Below are positions 48,843 to 56,367 of a stretch of 64,000 bases of DNA, piece after piece. This stretch comes from a virus, in IMG/VR virus record IMGVR_UViG_3300048599_000897, positions 17,477-81,476 of that record. One strand, 5' to 3'. The stretch's first letter is position 1, and each line of letters begins with the position of its first letter. The notes below the pieces were generated by a model. That model worked only from the letters and a program-made list of their open reading frames with translations, ran no database searches and was not told the DNA's origin. Both the position numbers and the translations under genes were made by a program.

Positions 48843-49073
48843 ATGGCACTCGTTACGCTTTTGTTGCGCCTTATGTTTTTTATTGACTTCGGCGGACGTT
48901 CGCATTTCGGAATTTAACTGAACTGCGGGGCAATAGCCGCATTTCCCCCTCCAAACCAAGGATTTCTCCCACTTTGCGCTTCCATTGCGCTCAAAATCCA
49001 TAGTTCAGACTTGGCCCCCATGAATTGCAGCCAACGGAACGGCCGCACATCTTCTTTCATGGAGACCCTTCCT

Positions 49074-49400
49074 ATGGACAAACGAAATTTGTCGAGACCG
49101 AAGCGATGGATTGTTGAACGTTGTCAGCAGATCAATTTTGGCTGCCTCACGTTTTATGTGCGTGGTGGTGAGCCCGATTTTACCCAACCCCACCATATTT
49201 CGCGCACGATCAGACTCGCCGGCGGGGACAACGGCCCACGGCCGGAGCTGGCTAGCACGGACTTCGAACTTCGGCATGAGCATATCGCGTTGCTCTCCCA
49301 ATTGGAGCGCCTCCCTGACGGCATGCGCGTGAGGGTCAAAGTTACCCACGGCCTCCCCGGAGCTTCCATCGACATTGAGGAAGATCACCAGGCGGCATAG
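49074..49400 (+). CDS. Conserved hypothetical protein
   Basis: GGAG RBS; CQQINFG...VKVTHGLP. Confidence 0.65.
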   Translation: MDKRNLSRPKRWIVERCQQINFGCLTFYVRGGEPDFTQPHHISRTIRLAGGDNGPRPELASTDFELRHEHIALLSQLERLPDGMRVRVKVTHGLPGASIDIEEDHQAA

Positions 49401-49447
49401 TCCCTTGATCACAATCTAACCACCAGGCAATTAGCCGGCCGAAGAGG

Positions 49448-49550
49448 AGGCGTTGCGGGTGTCGCGTAGAACCGCGAACTCGCAACGTCTTTCCCTCGTC
49501 CTCGCGCGACCTCCGTTGGCACCCACAAAAGCCCTCCCCGGCCGGGGAGG
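49448..49550 (+). promoter_or_regulatory. Structured leader: long hairpin (49448-49490) and an 18-bp palindrome (49533-49550) containing the SD of the next gene
   Basis: AGGCGTTGCG/CGCAACGTCT outer stem; CCTCCCCGGCCGGGGAGG perfect palindrome 6 nt before ATG 49557. Confidence 0.55.
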
Positions 49551-49556
49551 AAAGAC

Positions 49557-50084
49557 ATGGGTGTCGTTCCCGACCCAAGATACCAACCGGAAGACGCAGA
49601 AATCATTAAAAAGAAGGCCAAACGGCTCGTCGGCCACTATGGGTACCGTCAAGATGACGTGGATGATCTCGAGCAGGAACTAGCATTGCATGTGTTTCCA
49701 CGGATTCATCTCCACAGGCCAGAGCGTGGATCGCGGGAGGGTTTTGTCGGCAAAATGGCCAGCAACAAGTTGCTCAATGTTATTGAGCAGCGCACCGCCC
49801 AAAAGCGGGATCGAAGGTATGACACGCGAATTGACGATGCGGGCGAAGATGCCTTGAACGATGGCAGTACGTCTCAAGATCGCATTGACCTTCAGATCGA
49901 CATGCGGCAAGTCCTTGCGCGTATGCCGGCGGATCTCCACAAAGTCGCCCTTCTCCGCACGCAGCATAGTGAACGCGAACTGGAAGGCCTTCTTCACCTA
50001 ACCCGGGCCGAAGTCCGCACCCGCATCGCGAAGGTCGAGAAGTTCCTGCGGGACGCTGGCCTCGATCCAGACGCCTCGGATTAA
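49557..50084 (+). CDS. Sigma70/ECF-like DNA-binding protein
   Basis: IKKKAKRL...DDLEQEL region-2-like and C-terminal region-4-like HTH. Confidence 0.7.
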   Translation: MGVVPDPRYQPEDAEIIKKKAKRLVGHYGYRQDDVDDLEQELALHVFPRIHLHRPERGSREGFVGKMASNKLLNVIEQRTAQKRDRRYDTRIDDAGEDALNDGSTSQDRIDLQIDMRQVLARMPADLHKVALLRTQHSERELEGLLHLTRAEVRTRIAKVEKFLRDAGLDPDASD

Positions 50085-50152
50085 CAGCCAATCCCTCGGC
50101 GGTTCCGGTAGATGACTATTGGAGGTCGATGGCCCTTTTGGAGTAGCTGATC

Positions 50153-50449
50153 ATGCCAAAGACGATGCAATTCATACTTGGTCCGTTAGTTCCGCTGGCG
50201 GAAGCGGTGGATACGCTCCGGTTGGCACGGATGGCGGCTGAAAGCCTGCACGGACGCGAACGGATCGACTTGGAAGCGTCCGTCGCCGTCGACCGTGTAC
50301 GGCGCGTGTTTTCGTTCGACACGTCACGACGGCCCGGACGCACATTGGCATTGGTGTTCGCAGGTTATGCCCGGCGTGAATTCGGGCCGGAGAACGTCGT
50401 GGTCGAACATGAGATGAACCAGCGTCAGTTTGCCGCGGAGAACGCATGA
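50153..50449 (+). CDS. Conserved hypothetical protein
   Basis: LARMAAESLHG...RREFG motif; ATGA overlap with primase. Confidence 0.65.
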   Translation: MPKTMQFILGPLVPLAEAVDTLRLARMAAESLHGRERIDLEASVAVDRVRRVFSFDTSRRPGRTLALVFAGYARREFGPENVVVEHEMNQRQFAAENA

Positions 50450-52932
50450 CCCCGCACGATGCCGCCATTTCGTATTGTCGCCGAGGCTGGTCGCCCTTGC
50501 CGATCCCGTACAGAAGCAAAAATCCCGGCTTCAATGGTTGGGAGCGGTGCCGGATTAAGGAGGCGAATGTTTCCGCCCACTTCAACAGCAAGCCGCAGAA
50601 TATCGGCATCTTGATGGGCGAGCCATCGGGGTGGACTGTGGATGTGGATCTGGATCACCCCCGATGCGTGGAACTGGCGGACCAGTATTTGCCGCCGACG
50701 CCTGCAGTGTTCGGAAGGCCCAGCAAGCCGCGTTCTCACCGTATCTACCGCGTGAGCGCCCCCGTCGCCACGAAGAAGCACAAGAGCAAATCCGCTGGCA
50801 TGCTTGTCGAGCTTCGGTCCACTGGTGCGCAAACCGTCTTTCCGCCCAGCACGCATGCGTGCGGCGAGGCCATTACCTGGGAGGCCGACGACGCGGAGCC
50901 TGCCCAGGTTGACCCAGCCGAACTGCTGGCGGCGGTCGAACGCCTGGCTAACGCGGTGAAGGTGGAGATCGGCGAGAGGGTTGCATCCAATCCACCAAAG
51001 GCTCCAAAACCTGCGGCGAAGGCTGCGGCCAGCCCGAAGGCCAACGGCGGCGGCAACATCGGCGCCTGCGTCGCCTCGATGCTCCGTATGACCATCGAGG
51101 ATCACAAGGATGGATCGGGACGGTTGTTCGCCGCCGCCTGCCGTGTGGTTGAACATGACCTTTCCGACGTCGACGGGGTGGCGGCGATCCGCGATTATGC
51201 CCGGCAGAAACCGTTCCCCACCGAATGGACGGACCAGCAGATCCTCGACCGCATCCGTGACGCGGAGCAGAAGACCCGGCGCGGCGTCATTCGACGCATT
51301 GCGGAAAGGGAAAGTACTCCCACCATCCTGATCGACACCGACGAGCATCGCGTGGTGACGGCGACGGTCAAGGCGTTGGCGGCGGACCCGGACCTCTACC
51401 AACGTGGCGGCATGCTTGTGCGTGTACTGCGCGAACAGCAGCCCGACGATGGGATCGTGCGGTGCAACGGGTCGGCGACGATTGCGGCGGTTCCGCAAGC
51501 CCATCTCCGGGAACGCATGACACGATTCGCGACGTTCAGCAAGTACGTCCGGCAGGGCGACGCGGTGGTCGAGATCGCGGCACACCCCACTCCCTGGCTG
51601 GTTGCTGGCGTTGATGCCCGCGGCAATTGGCCTGGTATCCGACAATTAATGGCTGTTTCGGATTGCCCCGTTATCCGCGCTGACGGCACCATCTGGCAGA
51701 ACCCCGGTTATGACCCGGCCACCGGCGTGTTGTACGAGCCCTCCGAGCAATTCCCCACAATCCCCGACGACCTGACGGCGGATGACGTGTGGGCGGCGGT
51801 GGAGACGCTGCTGGAGGTCGTCTGCGATTTTCGGTTCGAGAATGAGGAACATCGGGCCGCGTGGCTGGGAGCACTGCTCACACCCTTGGCGAGGTTCGCC
51901 TTCCTCGGCCCCTCACCCTTATTTCTCGTTGATGCGAACGTCCGTGGTGCGGGCAAGGGCCTGCTGGTCCAGGTCATCGCCTGGATTGTGCTGGGGCGGG
52001 AGATGCCCGTCTTCAGCTACGCCCATGAATCCGAGGAGATGCGGAAGAAGATAACCTCCATCGCCATTGCTGGCGATGGGCTCGTGTTGCTCGACAATCT
52101 GGAAGGCAACTTCGGCAACGACGCCCTGGACCGGGCGCTGACCAGCACGCGGTGGAAGGACCGTATCCTCGGCAAAAGCGAGATGGTGGACCTGCCCCTC
52201 ATGCCCGCCTGGTATGGCACCGGTAACAACGTCGCCGTCGCCGCCGACACCACCCGCCGCATCATTCACGTGCGCCTCGACGTGCTTGAGGAGCATCCCG
52301 AGGATCGCAAGGATTTCAAGCATCCCGACTTGCTGGAATGGATACGCCGGAACCGGGGCAAGCTGCTTTGCAGCGCCATCACGATCCTCGCGGCCTACTG
52401 CCGCGCGGGGCGGCCGTCGCAGAACCTGTCTTCCTTCGGTAGTTTTGAGGGGTGGTCGAGCATCGTGCGTCAGGCGGTCGTGTGGGCGGGATTGCCCGAT
52501 CCCTGCAAAACGCGCACGCGGTTGGTGGAGTTCTCCGACACGACATCCGACGCGATTGGTCAGCTTATTCACGCCTGGCAGGCCTATGACCCCGGCGGCA
52601 GGGGTCTCGTTGTGTCCGATCTGCTGGCTGTTATTTACCGGCGTGATTTCCAGCCCAGTGACGACGCCAGCGTCGCCATGCGTGCCGCCATCGAGAACTT
52701 CGTTGGTTGCCCACCGGGCAAAGTGCCCAACGCGCGGCAGGTCGGCAATAAGCTCCGCACCGCACGCCGCCGCGTGATCGCCGGGTTCATGCTGGATGCC
52801 AACCCCCATGATCAGTGCCGGAACGGGGCTGTTTGGAAGGTACAAGCCGCCGAAGGGTCGGTTGTCTGCGACTCTCGCGACTCTCGCGAGTCTTTTTCAG
52901 CCCCCTTCGCGCATGAGGGGGAAGCAAAATGA
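50446..52932 (+). CDS. Bifunctional primase/polymerase (Prim-Pol) fused to a P-loop ATPase/helicase
   Basis: PLPIPYRSKNP, NIGILMG...VDVDLD, SHRIY, QTVFPPSTH; DANVRGAGKG Walker A; LLDN. Confidence 0.85.
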   Translation: MTPHDAAISYCRRGWSPLPIPYRSKNPGFNGWERCRIKEANVSAHFNSKPQNIGILMGEPSGWTVDVDLDHPRCVELADQYLPPTPAVFGRPSKPRSHRIYRVSAPVATKKHKSKSAGMLVELRSTGAQTVFPPSTHACGEAITWEADDAEPAQVDPAELLAAVERLANAVKVEIGERVASNPPKAPKPAAKAAASPKANGGGNIGACVASMLRMTIEDHKDGSGRLFAAACRVVEHDLSDVDGVAAIRDYARQKPFPTEWTDQQILDRIRDAEQKTRRGVIRRIAERESTPTILIDTDEHRVVTATVKALAADPDLYQRGGMLVRVLREQQPDDGIVRCNGSATIAAVPQAHLRERMTRFATFSKYVRQGDAVVEIAAHPTPWLVAGVDARGNWPGIRQLMAVSDCPVIRADGTIWQNPGYDPATGVLYEPSEQFPTIPDDLTADDVWAAVETLLEVVCDFRFENEEHRAAWLGALLTPLARFAFLGPSPLFLVDANVRGAGKGLLVQVIAWIVLGREMPVFSYAHESEEMRKKITSIAIAGDGLVLLDNLEGNFGNDALDRALTSTRWKDRILGKSEMVDLPLMPAWYGTGNNVAVAADTTRRIIHVRLDVLEEHPEDRKDFKHPDLLEWIRRNRGKLLCSAITILAAYCRAGRPSQNLSSFGSFEGWSSIVRQAVVWAGLPDPCKTRTRLVEFSDTTSDAIGQLIHAWQAYDPGGRGLVVSDLLAVIYRRDFQPSDDASVAMRAAIENFVGCPPGKVPNARQVGNKLRTARRRVIAGFMLDANPHDQCRNGAVWKVQAAEGSVVCDSRDSRESFSAPFAHEGEAK

Positions 52933-52997
52933 AAAAGAAAGAATATAGAAATATGGGAGGGGGCGGAAACACACTCGCCAGAGTCGCCAGAGTCGCA
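52868..52997. repeat. Inverted iteron-like arrays flanking an A-rich spacer (candidate replication origin)
   Basis: GCGACTCTC x2 (52868-52885) and GCCAGAGTC x2 (52977-52994); core GCGACTCT/AGAGTCGC in opposite orientations. Confidence 0.55.
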
Positions 52998-53012
52998 GGT
53001 AGATCGGTGAGT

Positions 53013-53357
53013 TCACTTTGCAGGGACGGATTTCAGCTCTGTTATCTGCTGTTCCAATCGACTCAGCCTCTCTGCAAGGGCCGTAAGTTCAGGAAGAACC
53101 AGATCACGAATAGCTCGACGCACATTGAGACGATTCGCAATCAGATCATGGCGGCGACGACGTTCTTCACAATCAGGTTCGCGGAACGTATGCCAGTCAT
53201 TTTTCAGGGTCTCGAACCCTACGCCATCGGTGTCGATCTCGACCCGGTAATCCTTGAGCACTCGGCGAGAAGGTTTTCGCACCGGGCACGCCAGCAGAAT
53301 CGTGCCGTCCGCGAGGGAGAATGCTTCATAGTAGGTGGGTTTGCGACGTTTCTTCAC
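53013..53357 (-). CDS. Hypothetical protein with a C-terminal coiled coil
   Basis: Protein-like composition; no overlapping confident gene. Confidence 0.45.
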   Translation of the reverse strand: MKKRRKPTYYEAFSLADGTILLACPVRKPSRRVLKDYRVEIDTDGVGFETLKNDWHTFREPDCEERRRRHDLIANRLNVRRAIRDLVLPELTALAERLSRLEQQITELKSVPAK

Positions 53358-53587
53358 GTTACGACCTCCAGCATAGCCCTTGCCGCTATTGCCGCTTCGT
53401 TGGGGTTACGGCCACGTTCGCCACGTTTGGCCCACGTTGCGTCGTTGGCGTTGGGGTGGCCAATGACCCCGACCACGCCTACGCCCCGCCGTGTGGCGAA
53501 CGTTGTGATCACCCACGACGGTGAATCACTCACCCATGTGTATGCCCACGAACGTGAGTCATTCACCTTGGGGGGATATTCGCGAAT

Positions 53588-53606
53588 AGGTACTCCCGGG
53601 CGATGC
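53588..53606 (+). other. cosQ-like sequence (AGGTACTCCCGGGCGATGC), candidate packaging site
   Basis: 12/19 ungapped identity to the lambda cosQ region as recalled (GGGTCCTTTCCGGTGATCC); upstream of the packaging operon. Confidence 0.35.
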
Positions 53607-53682
53607 TCGGCCGGAGATGGCCGTGGGAACGCCAACCGAGTTAGACAGTCTTTCTTTCGTAAAAAAAACATAGGAGAGCCCC

Positions 53683-55053
53683 ATGCAAATTGAGCTTCGA
53701 CCCATCGACCAGATCAAGCCCTACCCCGGTAACCCCCGCCAGAACGACGAGGCGGTAGACGCCGTCGCGGCAAGTTTAAAGGAGTTCGGATTCCGCCAGC
53801 CCATCGTGGTGGATGGCGACGGCGTCATCATCGTCGGGCACACCCGGTACAAGGCGGCAGTGAAATTGGGGCTCAAACAGGTGCCCGTGCATGTCGCCAC
53901 GGATCTGTCGCCCGAGAAGGTGCGGGCCTACCGGATCGCTGACAACCAGACCGCCAGCATCGCGGAGTGGGATTATGAACTGCTGCCCATCGAGTTGTCC
54001 GCGTTGCAGGAGGTGAACTACAACCTCGACCTGCTGGGGTTCGATCAGGAGGAACTGACGCGGATCATGTCCGGCGACGTCCAAGAGGGTTTGACCGATC
54101 CCGATGACGTGCCAGCGCCTCCGGACGCCGCCACCACGCAACCGGGCGACCTGTGGATCCTGGGCAACCACCGATTGCTCTGCGGTGACAGCAGCAAGCC
54201 CGAGGATTTGGATCGGCTACTCGACGGCGCACGCATTCAACTGGTCAACACGGACCCGCCATACAACGTCAAGGTCGAGCCGCGCAGCAATAACGCCATC
54301 GCCGCTGGCCTGTCGTCCTTCCAATCCACGACCCATCACCAGAAATTCGATGTCGAACGTCATCCGGAAAAAGCCAAGCCGACGCAGAAGAAGCTTCGCG
54401 CCAAAGACCGGCCCCTGGCCAACGACTTTGTCAGCGATGCCTCCTTCGACGAGATGCTCGACGCCTGGTTTGGCAATATGGCGCGCGTGCTCGAGGAGGG
54501 CCGGGGCTTTTACATCTGGGGCGGCTATGCCAACCTGGGCAACTACCCGCCGTTTCTTAAGAAGCACGGGCTGTATTTCAGCCAGGGAATCATCTGGGAC
54601 AAGCAGCATCCGGTGTTGACGCGGAAGGATTTTATGGGGGCTTTCGAGATAGCGTTCTATGGGTGGAAAGAAGGCGCCGGCCACAAGTTTTACGGTCCCA
54701 ACAACGCCACCGACTTGTGGCACGTCAAGAAGGTCAACCCGCAGTCGATGGTGCATTTGACGGAAAAGCCGGTGGAGTTGGCGGTGCGGGCGCTGCAGTA
54801 TTCGTCGCTGAACGGGGAGAACGTGCTGGACCTCTTTGGCGGCTCTGGCTCGACGTTGATCGCCGCCGAGCAGACGGGGCGGCACGCGTTCCTCATGGAA
54901 CTCGACACGCTCTATTGTGATGTGATCGTGCAGCGGTTCGAGAAGTTCACCGGGAAGAAGGCGGAACGGATCGCGGCCCCCCCGACGACGGAAACCGTCC
55001 TGCCGCAGAAAACCCCAGCCGTTGCAGCCGGGGTGGAAGGTGGACAGGAATGA
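53683..55053 (+). CDS. ParB-like N-terminal domain + beta-class N4/N6 DNA methyltransferase
   Basis: IKPYPGNPR...GHTR ParB; NTDPPY; H.TEKP; LDLFGGSGSTL. Confidence 0.9.
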   Translation: MQIELRPIDQIKPYPGNPRQNDEAVDAVAASLKEFGFRQPIVVDGDGVIIVGHTRYKAAVKLGLKQVPVHVATDLSPEKVRAYRIADNQTASIAEWDYELLPIELSALQEVNYNLDLLGFDQEELTRIMSGDVQEGLTDPDDVPAPPDAATTQPGDLWILGNHRLLCGDSSKPEDLDRLLDGARIQLVNTDPPYNVKVEPRSNNAIAAGLSSFQSTTHHQKFDVERHPEKAKPTQKKLRAKDRPLANDFVSDASFDEMLDAWFGNMARVLEEGRGFYIWGGYANLGNYPPFLKKHGLYFSQGIIWDKQHPVLTRKDFMGAFEIAFYGWKEGAGHKFYGPNNATDLWHVKKVNPQSMVHLTEKPVELAVRALQYSSLNGENVLDLFGGSGSTLIAAEQTGRHAFLMELDTLYCDVIVQRFEKFTGKKAERIAAPPTTETVLPQKTPAVAAGVEGGQE

Positions 55054-55097
55054 AGGCGGGGTCAGATCATTTTTTCGCCGGTACGCATGGCGGGTCC

Positions 55098-55634
55098 TCA
55101 AGCCTTCTTCGGGGGGGCGGCGGTGAACAGGCCCCGGCCGGTCTTGGCGAAGCGGCTTTCGCCTGGCTTGCCGTCGATCTCCCGGAGCATGGCGCTGTAG
55201 ATGGTGGCGGAAGGGGTCTTGCCGTTGGTCTTCCACATTCCCTTGGCGAGCATTTCGTCCACGATGGCCTTGCAGGTCATGGGCTCCCCCTTGGCGAGCA
55301 GAACGTTGTAGGCGGCGTCGAGGCCGGAGACCTTCTTGGTCTTGGGCTCCTTGGGCTGCTTGGGGGCCTTCTTCCCCTTGGTGGCCGTGCCCGATTCCGC
55401 TGCCGCCTGGGCCTGCTGGGCTTCCGCCGCCACCTCGGCCATTCTCCGGGGGGCACGTTCCGTGGCCGGCCCGCGCAGGCGCTGGGCGCTCTTGATGCGG
55501 ACCTTCTTGCCCGTGGCCAAGTTGGTGGCGTCCCATCCGCTGTGCGGGTTTTCCGCGTCGAGCCGGACCGAGACCACCTTGTCGCTGACCTTGGCGAGGT
55601 AGGTGCCGCCGATTTGGACTTCGTTCTTCTTCAT
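55098..55634 (-). CDS. HARE-HTH (HB1/ASXL-type) winged-helix protein
   Basis: LDAAYNVL...EPMTCKAIV...[16 protein letters not shown]. Confidence 0.8.
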   Translation of the reverse strand: MKKNEVQIGGTYLAKVSDKVVSVRLDAENPHSGWDATNLATGKKVRIKSAQRLRGPATERAPRRMAEVAAEAQQAQAAAESGTATKGKKAPKQPKEPKTKKVSGLDAAYNVLLAKGEPMTCKAIVDEMLAKGMWKTNGKTPSATIYSAMLREIDGKPGESRFAKTGRGLFTAAPPKKA

Positions 55635-55709
55635 AATAAAAACTCCTATGGCCGCGTTTGGGCTGGCCAGGCCCTTGAAAAATCCCCGGGGCAACATGCC
55701 CCGAGGCGG

Positions 55710-56048
55710 TTATTTCCCGTAGGTGTGTTCCGCCAGGCCGGCACAGAGGAACCCGACGATGGCGGCGACCGTTTTGTCGGCGGCGGGGATGTCCATCCCG
55801 CGATCCCAATTGAAAACCGTCTTCTTGTCGGCCAGTCGCTGAATCCAGAGCTTGGAGATGCGGCTGTCGCCTTCGACCTCGTAGTCGGGGTTGTCGGCAT
55901 GTTCGGGGAAGACCAGGGCGTCGAAGCGGTGCCCGTGGATGGTCCCGCAGACCCACAGGCCCGCGCCTGCAGCGCGGCGGGTGGTCTTGGTGATCTGCAG
56001 GTCACTTCCCAGGTCCAGGTCGTCGTGGTTTTGTTTCGTGGTCTTCAT
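55710..56048 (-). CDS. Conserved hypothetical protein
   Basis: SRISKLWIQR...FNWDRG.D motif; paralog at the window start. Confidence 0.75.
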   Translation of the reverse strand: MKTTKQNHDDLDLGSDLQITKTTRRAAGAGLWVCGTIHGHRFDALVFPEHADNPDYEVEGDSRISKLWIQRLADKKTVFNWDRGMDIPAADKTVAAIVGFLCAGLAEHTYGK

Positions 56049-56068
56049 CGTGATCTCCTTTGCGTTAT

Positions 56069-56090
56069 CACATGTACATTAAGCCATGTG
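56069..56090. promoter_or_regulatory. Candidate operator CACATG-N10-CATGTG
   Basis: Perfect 6-bp inverted repeat; conserved in copy 1. Confidence 0.5.
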
Positions 56091-56148
56091 TTTCGCCGAC
56101 CGGCAAGGCAAATAAACATCAATTACGAGATTTCTGGAGCGATTCACC

Positions 56149-56367
56149 ATGTCGAATGAGGCCGTACAGAATCGGGGGGGCGGGGTGAATCCCGCGTCCC
56201 TATCGATAGAGGACATGTCGCGGCTGTTATCTGCATCCGGGGGTAAGCGGATTACGCCGGAGGAGGTCCAAGCGGACATTGAGGCCGGTGCGCCGGTGGG
56301 GACGGACGGGCGGATGAACCTGGTGTATTACGCCGCGTGGCTCGTGCGGGAGGTCCAGACGAGTTGA
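56149..56367 (+). CDS. HTH protein, putative terminase small subunit (copy 2)
   Basis: LSIEDMSRLLS...GRMNLVYYAAWL; paralog of 165..398. Confidence 0.7.
   Translation: MSNEAVQNRGGGVNPASLSIEDMSRLLSASGGKRITPEEVQADIEAGAPVGTDGRMNLVYYAAWLVREVQTS

Noticed and set aside
52929-53693. 254-aa plus-strand ORF after the primase
   Set aside because: Runs through the iteron/cos-like non-coding elements and antisense to 53013..53357; no motifs
54217-55956. 579-aa minus-strand ORF and overlapping 55050..56159 plus-strand ORF
   Set aside because: Alternative frames of real genes; Arg/Gly/Pro-rich with no domains
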